A DNA stretch of 64,000 bases from the human T2T-CHM13v2.0 reference genome, Homo sapiens. The stretch is taken from NCBI RefSeq assembly GCF_009914755.1, contig NC_060932.1; one strand, 5' to 3'. The translations under genes were made by a program, and so were the position numbers. How positions within the stretch are numbered: the first letter of the stretch is position 1; every line of letters begins with the position of its first letter. Shown in pieces: positions 46,700-62,123 of this stretch. The notes beneath the pieces were generated by a model. It was not told where the DNA came from, did not search any database, and was given only the letters and a program-made list of their open reading frames with translations.

Positions 46700-47730
46700 G
46701 CAAAGAGACAAGCGGAGGCAGAACCAAGCCCTGACGCAAGCGCCCAGCACACGGGAATCAGAAGTGGGGAAGTTCCAGGATGAGCTGGGAAAAGGAAGAA
46801 AGCACCGTGTAGAGGAAGCACTGGACTGAGAGAACACTGTTGACAGACAGAAAAAGAGGACAGGAAATGACTCCTGCTTTGGAAACTGGTGACCTTGGCA
46901 AGGGAGAGGAGAGGGACGTCCGGCAGAGGGGGCTGAAGGGGGGCGTGCGAGGGAAGGGCAAGCGGGGGGGCTGAAGACGGCGCACGAGGGAAGGGAAGGG
47001 CACACAGCGGGGGCCGATGGGGGCGCACGAAGGAAGGACACACCAGGGGGCCGAAGGAGGCGGGCGAGGGAAGGGCACAGAAGGGGGCCGAAGGGGGCAC
47101 ACGACGGAAGGGCACAGAGGGGGGCCGATGGGGGCGCACGAAGGAAGGGCACACCAGGGGGCTGAAGGAGGCACGCAAGGAGAGGGCACACAAGGGGGCC
47201 GAAGGGGGCGCGCGAGGGAAGGGCGCGCGAGGGAAGGGCACACAGCGGGGCCGATGGGGGCGCGCGAGGGAAGGGCACACAGCGGGGCCGATGGGGGCGC
47301 GCGAGGGAAGGGCACACAGGGGGGCCGAAGGGGGCGCGCGAGGGAAGGCAGACGACCCTGGCAGAGGTTCCGCTTCAGAGCGGAAGGTTGCTTGGCTTGG
47401 CTGGGCTGAGCTGAGCTGCACATCGTGGTAACTACGGCATGTCTGCACACAGGGAAGCCAGTGGGGTGGGAGAGAGGGAGGCGGCAGGAGGGAGCGGGGA
47501 ACACGGAGTGGGCAGGAGGGCATGAGCGCTTGTGCCATGGGCTTTGCGGCCCTTCCGCAACATTCCAATGAGACACCAGGCCTGGCGAAGTCAACATCCG
47601 CCCCCTTCCAGCAGTGCCCCTTAAAGCATGGCACTGCACCAAGAATAGGGGCGGGAATTGGGGAAGGTGAAGAAGACCTGATGAGGGTAACGGGCTGCCA
47701 CCACGTCCAGGTAGCCCGGCAACGGTAGCA
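46700..47730. promoter_or_regulatory. Intronic CpG-island-like region
   Basis: Highest GC and CpG density in the window, centred on the 37-bp minisatellite. Judged by eye, not computed. Confidence 0.65.
46922..47350. repeat. G-rich/CpG-rich 37-bp minisatellite, ~11 units
   Basis: Unit ~cacacagcggggccgatgggggcgcgcgagggaaggg. Anchors at 47013, 47050, 47087, 47124, 47161, 47198, 47250, 47287 and 47324. Confidence 0.95.
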
Positions 47731-49047
47731 CAGGGTGTCAGGCTGCAGAAGCCACCTCTGCCCAGCAATGCCTCTCTCACTCAGCTACACGGTCAGCAGA
47801 TGATTTACATCCTCTAAGTGAGTAACCAAGCCTTGCTCTGATTAAGTAATCCTTCCCTTAACTCCCTTTTCTAAAAACGTCTTCACAATCATCTAACATA
47901 ACTGGTTCCCTCTGCCACAAAGTCAAGAAGCACCTTTTGAGGGAACAGTGGGATCTGCGGCAGCCTTGGTTAGGAAGACGCGCCTTTCCAGCAAACATGC
48001 CCACTAAGGTTTAGAAGCAGAGATGCTGAATTCTGCTCTGAAAATAACATTTTCTGAAGCAACAAACTTTGCTTTCTTTCAAAATAATTGCAGTGATTAT
48101 TTTTGGTCTCCTGTATTCAGCGACGTCTGCTGCCACTTCCACCCTCCATCAAGGTGACTTTGATAGAGACAAGCAGCCCATGACAAGATGAGTGACCTGC
48201 AAGGTGCAATCACCAGTGGCCACCCCAGGCAAGTCCCATTAGCAAACCAGATGGGGAAGTGACATTTAGACTTCTCCTAAACAGCCATCGCAATGTGACA
48301 GGGACAGTGGCAAAGCGGTGTGCAGGTAAATATCAAAGGGAGGCTGTCCATCCATTTAACGGTATTTCTTCACACCTACTGTGTTCCAGGCCGTCCCAGG
48401 ACAAGGCAGATGGGGTCTGCTAGCCTCTCACGTTAAGACTGGGAAACGCAAAGCGGCGGGTATGATGCAGAAGAGCCGGGGGTCACGGTGGTCTCCTGGA
48501 GAAGACGGCACTGGAGGTGAGCCCTCATGCAGAAGCGCACCGTTCAAGATCGCCCAGGAACAGGCATGTGGGGCTCTGGGGTGGAAAAGTCTTGGCACGT
48601 AAGCATTAATTAAGGAAGCCAAAGGAACTGGAACCGGGAGCAGACGAGAAAGTAAGGGACAAGGTGGGAGAGAGGGCAGGGCCGGGGGCAGAACCTGCAG
48701 GCCACACTGAGTCCTGGGTTTTATTACAGGAGCAACAAAACAGGATCTGATTTGCAATTTAAACAGTAACTGTGAGGGGTGTCCGGAGAATGAAGCAATG
48801 GGAGGCTGGAGTGGAGCAAGGGAGAGGGGCAGGAGGCTCCAGAGGAGATGACGGCAAATTAAACAGAACGAAGGCAGTCAGGGCGAGAAAGCAGAAGCAG
48901 GCTGGCTGGGCCTCTCAACGAATCCAAGGTGCAGAGGGGAGAGGATGGCAGAAAAGGTGATTCCAGGGCTGGGCCGGAACAACCGCGTGGGTAGTCAGGT
49001 AAAGGATGAGGAAGGAGAAGCGACAACGGATGAGAGACACAGGCCCA

Positions 49048-49951
<904 letters not shown>

Positions 49952-50044
49952 TGCTTCCCATCACGCTTACAGTGGGCTGGCATGACCACATGATCTGGTT
50001 CTAGCCAATGAGACAGAGAGGTCTGCTAGAGACTCTTAAAAACT

Positions 50045-50400
50045 TTTGTAACAGCTTTGTTGAGATATAATTCACATAGCAGTTGGCCCATTAAAAGGTG
50101 CAATTCAATGGTTTTGAGGATATCACACAGTTGTGCAACAACCACCACAATGTACTATTGGAATACCTTCACCGCCTCAACCCCATACCCTTTAGCCATC
50201 GCCCCCACAAAGTCCCCCATTCCCCCAGTCCTAAGAAAGACTAATCCATTCTGTCCCTATAGTCTATTTTGGTCATTTCAAATAATTGAGATCATAAAAC
50301 ATGTGTGTGGAATTCAGAGCCTGGCTTCCTTCACTTGGCATTACATTTTAAAGGATCATCCACGCCACAGCAGGGATGAGTAGTTCACTTGTGGTGTGGC
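50045..50400 (-). mobile_element. Old L1M 3' fragment
   Basis: 'acagctttgttgagatataattcacata...cacagttgtgcaacaaccacc'. Confidence 0.7.
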
Positions 50401-53400
50401 TGCACAACCCTGTGAGCATTCTCATATACTTTAGATGGATAAATTGTAGGGCACATGAGTTAGCTCTCAAAAACTTCTTTTATTTTAGTAAGACTTTTGG
50501 TTTCTTGTAGGTAAAGCATGACAGCAGCTATGGGGAGAGAGGCACTGCATAGCGACAGTTGTTTCGGAAGTTTAAGATGCTTAAACAACCTCAAGGTCTA
50601 CCAGCAAGTCAGATTCGTGTTGGATACCATGAGACCTGGGATTCTGTGCTACTTCCGCTGAACGAGGAACTGGCAGCCTAATCTTGATCCACACTTTCAA
50701 GGGCGAGGTGGAGAGGCCAGCTTCCCAACACCTTAGGACTGGGCTGAACATTAAACGCGGGGGAAACAGCATGCACTGAATCCCCGGTTACACTGGCCGC
50801 CGCTCCCTGCCTGAAGAACACCTCTGGGTGGCACCATCCTTTCCTTTCCCTTGCTCCTCTTCCTCTGTTTCCACCTCCCACTCACCCCTTCCCCAGGCCA
50901 GTCAGAGCACTGCTAGAGTTAATTACAATATTATAAGACAAATTATAACAGCAGCACATCTTGGAAAAGAATCACATCCACATCTGACAGCCCTTTGGGG
51001 TGATTCTGCTGTTCCCTATTTCTCTCTCCGAGTCTTCTTAAGGTAACCTTGAGCAAAAGAACCACTAATGTCTGACCAAGGAGCTGGCGTCCAGGTCCCC
51101 CAGAAGGAAAACAGTGCCATCTTATGATATTTACTAAGCACTTCTTGGCAGCAGACATTGTTAGGCACTTCAGGTGTGTCATCTCCAATCCTTAAAACAA
51201 TCCCACAAGGTAGACGCAAAAACCAAGACACAGATAGGGTTTTCGAGAAAACACCATCTACCCAGAGGCCTCCAGAAAGACACTGGACCACAGTAGAAGA
51301 GGTAAACCAAAAGACTTCAGATCCCAACAAGACCAAGCCCAGGAAATCATGTGCAACGCAAACCATCTATACTCTAGCGTGAGAACATCACACTCCCTGC
51401 CATCCTAACCTGGTAAAGTCATTCCAACAGCAGAAATGCTGTGAAATAAGGCACATCCTTAACACAGGTTCATTCACTGGCCCCCTCCCATCTCATGGGA
51501 CCCCCCCCTTTCGTCACTCCTCAGTCTTTTCACAGTAGCATTAATATGACATATTTATAGTATGCATTTTTTCCCCTTCTTTTCGTAAGTATTGATAACC
51601 GCACTTCACTCACAGTAGCAGAGCCTACATATGGTTGAACCTTACTCGCTCACCTGGGGCTTTTGATCCCAGTCCCTGAAACAGTTTACCTAACTAGTTT
51701 TTCCCCGTGTTCCCTTTTTAAGCTACGTGATGTGAAAGCCGCGAGTCTTTTTTATTTTCCACAGGAATTGGTGTCAGTAACTGTAAATTCATCCTGAAAC
51801 GGCCAGCGCAAGGATGACCATCAGGCCGCGGGCCAGACCTGGTCCATAGGCCACGGTTTGCCAAACCCTGCTCAAAAGCCTGACCAAAGGCCACAGCAGG
51901 ATCTTTAAAATTGCCAGTTAGAAGAAATATCCATTTGGTAGCATAGTAGAAGGTGGGTTTAAAGAGACAGAAGACATCATTCATTCAGCCGGCATTTAAG
52001 GACCCGTAAGGTACCAGGTGCTGCTCCAGATATGCGTGACAGTTGGTGTCTTTGAGGAGCTTAGAGGCTTGCTGGGTGGGCAAACAGACCAACACCTCCA
52101 CAGCCCAGCATGCTGGAAGCTCTGACAGCGGCAGGCACAGGGCACGGGGAGCTCCCAGAGGGGGCACTGCAGTCATGGCAGGGATGAATTCCTGGACAAT
52201 GTGACAGTAATGGAAACGGCATGTACGAAGGCAGCAGAATAGCAATGCTGTTGTATTTGGAGAACTGTCAACAATTTAGTACGGCCAAATACAGAGTGAA
52301 TGTGAGAGTGGGAAAAGATGAGTCTGGAAATTACAAATATGTGCCATTCTAAACCTTTCACAAAGGAAGGAATCCCTCTGCCCTTTTAAGAGACTCCCAT
52401 GCAGTTCACAGGACCAGGTTTGCATGCACAACCCATGAGGCTTCAGAGGATGACAGCTCCATTAATCTACTGCTGGAATGCCACAGAAGCTCTGTGCCCA
52501 CACACATGGGAAGCCTCAACAAAGATGGCCCTGTACCCATGATCAGAAAAGCAACACAGTCACGGTTCCTAAGAAGATTCCACAAATCATCAGGGTAGTA
52601 CATCATCTTGTAAAAAATGACCAAAGTCTTGGAGAACTCAGAGCCTTTCCATGTAAATACTTGCCCTAATAACGTATCTTGTAGGTTCAATCTTTTGCAA
52701 ATACTGGAGGGTACACATGGAGCAGAAGGCCCCCGATGATGCTGTCTTCAACTGCACATCACCAGTCCAGCTTCACAAAGGACAAGAAAGCTAGAAAGAC
52801 CCTCTTCAACCCTGGGGTCACGTTTTTCCATTCCTGGCTGCTCTTCTATTCCATACTTTATTTCAATGCAGCAAAATTTAGAAATGTTAGTTATCAAGTC
52901 TGTGAATAGCACCATGAGCTCTTCAGCAAAAAAGACCATCCAATAAATTATAGTATCCATCATTAAAAATAACAAACCGCCACCTAGCCCTGCACAACCC
53001 AGCTGTCCAAATGAGAAAATGGAGGCTGGGGAGAATGTAATTATTGATCGGAGGTTACAGTAATTAGAGGCTGAGATGAGTGGAAAGAACCTCTCAGACC
53101 TCCTGACTTTTGTCCTTTTCTCAGACGACTCCAATTAACCAAATATCATTATATAAAGGTCTTTCAAGAGACTGTTATTTGTTCAACAGTATCAAGTGTC
53201 CCAAGTTCTTCTCCTTTTAAACTAAGTGTCTTTAAATCACTAATTAATATGACTTTAAATAACCATAAGACACTATCAGCATTTCATGGATAAACAAATT
53301 TTCCTGTCACCTAAAAACATACAGCTTGGACCCCATCAATCACAGTGTGCGTCCCCTTCCCAGGACAAGGGGCACCTGACACCTCTAGAGGGTTATGCTG

Positions 53401-54793
53401 CCTTTTCATCAAAAATCAAACGCAATTTATATCTAATGGAAACACAGCCCATATGGAAGCATAGTGATTTCGTTCTCTGTTTTCTCACTGGGAACTAACA
53501 ATCCACCAAAAGAAAGCAGACCTTAGAAGTACATCATGATCACAGCTCCTCCTCTCTTTTCCCATCAACCGCCTGATCTGAAATCTAGCTGAGTCTGGTT
53601 GCAGCTTTGTCAGTCATCCAAACCGAGATGATGAATCTCTCCTAACTCACTCTACAAATACCATGGATCAAAACTTCCTACCATGACTAATTCAAACTCA
53701 GATTTTAAACATATATTCTCCTCCAGTATTTCTGGTAGACCTTAAAAAGAGAAAAAGAAAAAAAAAGAAACTATCCTCAGGATTCCAGCATGGAGAAGAT
53801 ACACCGAAGAGAGATCACAGCACTGGGGGGGAATTAACTAAGGGCTCTGGCCATAAAAGCAATGGCCAGTCGTGACCATGTGAGGGAGACAAGCAGTCTA
53901 ATGGGCGAGCCACATCCAACTTGAAGCCTCCGTCCTCACTTAGGGCTGGTGAAGACCACAGGCTGTGGTTAAACATGTCGTTTCAATAAGAGTTCACATT
54001 TACATATTTTACACACATATATTAAAAGAGCCTCCAATGTGACCTGTTATAAAATGTCTAATTACTCAAAAATATAGCATACAGATCACCCTTTTTGAAA
54101 GATCACATGAGGAAAAGGTACAACTATCACAATAGGCTTAGAAGTGAACAAAGCTTAAAAATATAAACAGGATAAGAAAAAACGGTGGGGAAGGCAGAGG
54201 TTAAAGCATCAATGAGAACCCTCGCTGTATTTTCCTGTAGAGGTTTTCTTTGCCACCTGGAGAAAAACGCTGACACTGAGTTCTGGACAGGAAGGGCAGG
54301 GGAGATAGGCAGGCACACACCCACCACCACTCCCAGGCACGGGGATGCTCATCAACAATACATGAATGCTATTAATAAAAAAAGAAACACAGCAACAGAG
54401 CAATTAACAGAGAGCCCTATGTGCTCGTCCACTCTCTGTTCTTCCCGGCGGCCATTTCATGGACACACGTGTAAACATCAACCTCCGAGCACGTGGGGCT
54501 GGGAAACACAATCTACTTCTCAGTGCCGTCATCAAAATAAGACAAGGCCTCACATGTCTGGAGTGGAGACAGTCGGCTCATCAGCCTGACACAGAAGAGT
54601 GGAATGGGTCACTCCAATTATTGATCCTGCATACACGCTCAGTCATCTCACCATGTCCCATGGAAACCGCAGGGTACCCAAAGGGGAAGATATGGCCCAT
54701 GCCCTTGAGAAATACAAACTCCAACAGAAAAACACGATGCAGCATACGTATACACACACATACAGTGTACAAACACACATGTGTTCCTTGTAA

Positions 54794-55106
<313 letters not shown>

Positions 55107-56388
55107 TGAAAAATGTCTGAGGACCCAAGTCAGAATCAACTTCCCCATAAGCAATCACGATGAAGGCAAGGGCTGTGACAACATCACTCACACCTCAGCA
55201 GCCATGCACTTGGCATCTAGCCTTTGCCAGGTCCAGCTCCAGGTAGACAGCAGGCAGAATGAGGTTTTCTCCCATGGAGGGAGACAAGCATGGACCAACT
55301 AAATACGCAACTGATGACCGACAAGTGCAGGAAGAAAGAGAGCAGAGGCCCAGAGTCCCTGGTCTAGCTAGGGACTTGTGAAGGCTTTCAAGAGGAGGCC
55401 AGGCCCAAGAGGAGTCACATGGTGAAGGGGCAGGGTGTGGGGACAGGGGAGGTGCACCGGCCCTGCTGTGGGAAGGAAGGTGTGTGCTGAAGAAGTTCAA
55501 GATGCAGCAGACACAGCAGGCGAAGGAGTGACACTGACGGCTCAGGCGAAGGGCTCAGGGCCGTGTCACCACAACTCACCAACCGTGGGGACTGTGCTTA
55601 CTGAGGTGAGGTATGTGGGGACACTGCCACCAGGAGAGAACAGAGTCCTGGCTACAGGGGCAGAGGGACATGCCATGGGTCAGGGATGGCACCCGAGATT
55701 CTAAGCCCCTACACAGAGTCCAGGCACTACCTCTTTAGATTTGCTGGATCACGGGGAGGCTCAAGAAATTCCAGGGGAGTAGGGGAGGTGGGCAGCACTC
55801 CCAGGGGCTGGGGAGAGCAAACATTCACTCGAGCAGGTAACACCAGACCACTGCCCAAGCCGCCACTGAGCCACAGTCACCCCAGCAGGAGACACGGGTG
55901 GCTCTGGGAGCTCTGCCTCGGCCTGCTGCTCCCTCCCGTCACCAAAACGCCGGAGTGCAAATGGGCCATGGAGCCAGCTTCCACGGTGGCCCTGCTGGCC
56001 ACCTGCTCACTCTGCAGGTACAATCAAGAAAAGCACAGTTCAAATGCAGCCCCAAAAGCAACAGCGACCCAATACACGCAGAAAAGGAGCTGCACGGCTG
56101 TCGCAGGGGCCCCGGTCAGAGCAGAGATTCACTTGGGTCACCAGAAGTCCTCAACAGAAAACAACAGCTACTCCACACGAGGATGCCAACGGCCACAATA
56201 AGTGGTGTGTGCCTTCAGAACCTTGGCAACAAAGAACCACAGGGGTTCACGAAAGGAGAATTCCTTTCTCTTAGAGATGGCCGTGGAAATCACTGTAGGG
56301 AAATCAATGTTTCCTTTAAAGAATGCTAGTGTTTCAACAGGTGCAGTGAGAAGATGGGCTTTATGAGGACTGCTTAATGTATACTAGG

Positions 56389-56690
56389 TTTCTTTCTTTC
56401 TTTTTTTGAGACAGAATTTCACTCTTATCGCCCAGGCTGGAGTGCAATGGCGCAACATTGGCTCTCTGCAAGCGCCACTCCTGGGTTCAAGTTATTCTCC
56501 TGCCTCAGCCTCCTTAGTAGCTGGGATTACAGGGGCCTGCCACCATGCCTGGCTAATTTTTTGTATTTTTAGTAGACACGGGGTTTCACCATGTTGGCCA
56601 GGCTGGTCTCGATCTCCTGACCTCAGGTGATCCGCCCGCCTGGGCCTCCCAAAGAGATCGGATTACAGGAATGAGCTACCACATCCGGCC
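56389..56690 (-). mobile_element. Alu (AluS-like)
   Basis: Reverse dimer. Confidence 0.93.
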
Positions 56691-58228
56691 AGAATTAGTG
56701 CATTTAAACCTCACAACCACCCTCAGAGATGCACACCCCACGTTACCCTGGAGCCAGAGCCTGCTCAAAGACAGAGAACAGCCAGGGGAAAGCAGTGGGT
56801 GGAGGGCTGGAGAGAAAGATGTGCTGCTTTTAGAAATGTGAAAACAGAGAAGCACGAAATTTGGGAGGTGCCAGGACATGAGACTGAGGGAGTGGGGTCG
56901 CCACCTGGACAGCAGCAGTGACGGCACAGCACTGCAGGGGGCAGTAATGAGTCGCCCAGACGGCCTGCAGGGAGGAGAGGCCCGTTCCCCAGGGGAGAGT
57001 GCTGCCTCCCCAGAAGTTGTCCTTGACGGGCAAGAGCCCTTCATCAAGACCCTACCCTTTCCTGGGAGCAGTGAGCACCCAGGGCCTGGCACGGGGACAG
57101 GAAGCCCCGGCCCTCCCATCGCCAGAGATCTCTCCGACGGCTTCCCAGCTGCACAGGCCCTGCTGGGTCAGCAGAAGCCTTGTCTCCTTGCTGAAGAGAA
57201 CCACATCACCCAGGGTAGACTGCATTCAACTGCTGGTCAGTGAGGGAGGAGAATGGCCCGGCCCCCTCAGAACAACATGGGACACGTCTGCAGGCCACGG
57301 CAGTGCAGGGCTCCCCGTGCAGCTGAGGCCTGTGTCCATATAGCACTGAGGCCCAGCTTCTCCCACTGTCCAGTCTCGCCTCCATCTCTTCCCTTCTACG
57401 GGGCTGATCCCATGAGTACGTCCCAATACACTCTGCACACATCAGTCTCCCCAGCAGACAGCACTTCCCCAAGAACCCAGCTGGCACCACACACTGGGCC
57501 AGGGCCAGGGGTACAAGGAGGAAGGCAGGTTTGGGGCAGCTGAGCCCCAAGCGCGTAGGGAAACAGGTCATGACTAAAACTCAAAAAGCAGATAGCACCC
57601 AGGAGCAGTGTAAGAAGAGAAGATGAAGGCCAAGAAAGGAGCCCGGGAGAAAGGCAACCTTGAAACAGGGGCAGAAACACCGCGTGGCCCCATGAGAGCC
57701 AACACATGCAAACCTCATCTTTGGTTCTGGAAGGGGGGATGGAGTTACCCAGTGACTCGAAGGGGCACGAGGGGCCCTGGGTTCTGTTCCTGCCCGTCTC
57801 TGATCTGGGTGTTGATTATAGCGGTGGCCACTTGGTGAGAATTTACTGAGCCACATTCCTATGAGTCGTGCACTCCTCTATGTAAATGTTATGCTTTGAC
57901 ATTTATATTTTTAAAAAGGCAGGCTAAGGAAATGGGAGGCAACACAGGAGGCTGAAAAGAAGCCTGAGAGGTGGAGGGAAAAGCCATGGAGTGTGGCGGC
58001 CGAGGAGCAGGAGGAGATGGCGTGAAGGCGGGAGGAGGTGGCACAGGTGTCCCAGAGAAGTGAGTGTGGAAGGAGGGAGCCAAGGCATGGGGCAGGGACC
58101 TTGTCACTGACGAAGAGCTGGGCAGCATCTTCCACCCACTGAAACCCAAGCCCAGGGTTTACATGAACCAGCATCTAAAGTGCTCTCATTCACAGTTCCT
58201 TGAAAAAAAACATTGTGGTTTGAGCTCA

Positions 58229-58399
<171 letters not shown>

Positions 58400-58926
58400 T
58401 CACAAAAGTGCTTGGAGAGGGTACAGGAAATACGGTTAATCTAAGTTGTAAAACTTGGCAATTTGAAGACAGATGCCTCAACCACCAAACTCCAAGAGCA
58501 ACAAAAAATATTTCCTCTGCTTTTAATGACCCTGGAAAAGTACTTTAAAGTTGGCATGGTTTTCATACAGCAAAAACAGGCATTACACTATAGCTTCTCT
58601 CTCTGCAAAGACATGATTTGATTTCAAAAATAGCCTGCTTCGAAATAATAAGCTTAGAACAAAAGATGGATTTCATATATCTGAGCTAGAGACATACTTT
58701 TTTTCCAAGAAAATACTCATATTTGAAGGGCCTTCATTATCAACAACCAACAACATTAAATCAAAAATATAATATTTCTCTAAAATATAAGAAAAATGAA
58801 GAAAAGTAGATAGCTAAATTAGAAAAAAAAAAGTTAAATTCTACAGCTGCTCACTCCAAAACAGTTTAGCATCTTTGAATTAAAGACGGAGAAATCTGGA
58901 TGCACAGACAGTTGAAAAGTATCTCT

Positions 58927-59219
58927 TTTTTTAAGAGATGAGGTCTTTCTCTGTCATCCAGGCTGGAGTGTGGTGGTGCAATCACAGCTTACTGCAGTCT
59001 GGACCTCCAGGGCTCAAGCAATCAATCCTCCCATTTCAGCCTCCTGCGTAGCTGGGACTACAGTTACACACCGCCATGCCCAACTACTTTTTTTTTTCCA
59101 GTAGAGACAGGGTCTCCCCATGTTGCCCAGGCTGGTCTTGAACTCCTGACCTAGAACCATCCTCCTACCTTGGCCTCCCAAAGTGCTGGGATTACAGGTA
59201 TGAGCCACTGCTCCCAGCC
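58927..59219 (-). mobile_element. Alu (AluJ-like)
   Basis: Reverse dimer, J-type. Confidence 0.92.
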
Positions 59220-61774
59220 AATCTGTGTTAACACACACACCCTGCCAATGGCTCTGATAACCAACCACACAGACTGGCTAATCACTGCTCCAGCTGATCC
59301 AAAACTTAGACCATGAAAAAACGCATAAATGCACATTCAAACTCTGACAAAACTGCCACGCACTGAAAGTCCGTAATAGCTCACGACAGTCGGTTGGTTA
59401 ACAAGTATTTACTGAGAACACAATACTGTGCAGGGCAGGTTCTCGTGCCATTGACACTCTTGTGGGAAGAGTCAGGCCTCAGCCCTGGGAAACAGCATGC
59501 TGGTGGATGCTGGGACGAACACAAACAGTAATAGTGAGGGCTGATGGGGCTGAGAGATGCTGCGTCAGCCAGGGCAGGTGGGCAAGGAGGTGACATCTGG
59601 GGTGAACCCTCGATGAGAAGGGGGCCACGCCAAACTGTAAAACGGAGACAGTAGTCGGAGTACAAGTTAAAGTTATGAGGCTTCAGTGCAATAACCCATT
59701 TAAAGCACTTCAGCAGTTTATTTATCATAAGTTCTCAATAAATGCTAGTTGCTATTAATATTATTATTCAATGAATATAATGTGGTTAACACACAGGTCA
59801 ACCTTTGACTCTAGCTGTGACATGATTAATGATCCAACCTGTTCCACTGTTTCACTAAGAATGAGTCCTCCATTTTTTTAAATCCCTATTGAGATTATTT
59901 ATTAAGTAAAATTACCTGCTTGTGTGTCAAAATCCCCCATTCAGGTATGACTTCCTGTACCTGAAGACTGTGCGTTACTTACTATTGCATCCCCAGGACA
60001 GGGCCTGACGTGAGACTGGGCGCTCGGCTGAGGCTGACTGGCGAGCAAACAGAACAAGAAGGGATGCCTCCTCCCTAACGCAAATAGCAGGGGCCCTTCC
60101 TTCTATCCTAACCTTTCTCTGTTTGCCCATTGATATTTGAAGACGTTGCTCCAAGGGTTCCACCGCTCACAGCCCTTCCTGAGCTCTTCCCTCAGCACTC
60201 TGCCCTGCACAGCTGACCAGTCCCTCTTCTGTATTTCCGCTGTATTTTGCACAAATTTCAGCCCACAGGAGTTATCTGGCAGGTACCATAAGGCACCTGT
60301 AATCTCATGTCTTTGTTTCTCTCATCAATCCTTAATTTCCTTGGGAGGCAGGTTTATGTCTTATCCATTCAAGTGTCCTTAATGCCTGGCAGGGTGCCTG
60401 ATAACAAAGTTGGTACTTAACACACACGTGGATCAAGACGTAAGGCTGGTGAAAGGAAACCCTCCCATGTTGCGGACGTGCATACAGCTATGAAGGAGTA
60501 CAGTGATGTGGTTTCTAGGATCTGCTTTAAATACTTCAACAAAAAAACCAATAAAGTAAAAATAAAGCCAATGTGGTCAAATTTTGATAATGATTTAATC
60601 TGGGCAATGGACACAATATTCTATTCTATCCTCTCTAATTTGTATATATTTAAAGTATTTCTCCATAACTTCTCATTGAAATCCTTGGAGCTGACCATAC
60701 ACACACTTAAAAAAAAATAAAAATAAAAATAAAAAAAACACTACTTTATATCTTAGTAGTTTATCTTCCCGACATCTTTTGGAATATAAAATGGTAGTAC
60801 TTCTCATACAACTGCAGGAAAGGAGAGAAAGACGAGTCCCTGCAATATTCCACATTGTCAAAAGAAGCCAAGACCAAATGCCAAAATGAAGAAGAGATTT
60901 TTTTAAAGATTATGAAGCTGAAATCAATGTCATGACTAACCTAGCCATGAATTCAGAAAGACCCAATTTAACTAATCTCAACACTACCATATCCAGAAGG
61001 TTTTCTCACATAAGAATTGGGCAAATATCACTTTGCTGATTCTTTTAAAAATAGATAATGATCCAGTTCCTACCACGGGCGATTATGAGTAAGACCGAGT
61101 ATACATTTTCTTAACAGTAAATAGTGTACAAGTCATAATTTCTATGTGGCTCAAAGTGCTCTCCCTATAAAATGTGAATTATTTTTCTGAAGGCAGATTT
61201 GCAGCATATGACCCAGTGATAAAATTTTCAATACTCTTGTAATCAAAAATTTCACCAATTTGGAGGTTTATTTTGTATATGAACTATTGCCTTTTAGCAA
61301 ATCCATCTGCCTTAGCAGTCTCTTTCTTTCATAAGAGTTCCTGGGCAAAATTTAATCCCTCGTCCAGGAAAAGGCATGATCAAAAATCTTCATATACAGC
61401 AACACAAATAAGATTTAAATGATACTAAGCGGCCCCTTAAGCCGGCAAGTACACACAGCACACATCAGTGTTCCTTCCTCGACCGTCTATAACCAGCTAG
61501 TGCAAATGTTCATTTCAAGAAAAAGAATACATTTTGGGACCTGAGAATACAGACAATTTGCCTTTTATTTACAGGTACAGGGTGTTAGTAGACTTCCATT
61601 AAATTCTCTGGGAGATGTTTAAAGCAGTCCAGAGCCACAGTGGAGATGGGGTTTAAAGTGACTTTTGTGTTTTGTTAAACATACAGCCAGCTGACATTTA
61701 TCATTTTTAATCTCAGCCAGTCACCTTCTTTCTCTAGCCTCTTTCACAAAATAATGGAAAATGTCTCCTCCTGA

Positions 61775-62123
<349 letters not shown>

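Noticed and set aside
46700-47730. Identification as the PEG13 DMR
   Set aside because: PEG13 lies in a much more 3' TRAPPC9 intron than the one defined by these exons.
46649-47780. Long overlapping minus-strand ORFs (222, 316 and 340 aa) and a plus-strand 130-aa ORF
   Set aside because: They result from the stop-poor GC-rich 37-bp minisatellite. They are open in several frames, low complexity, and resemble no known protein.
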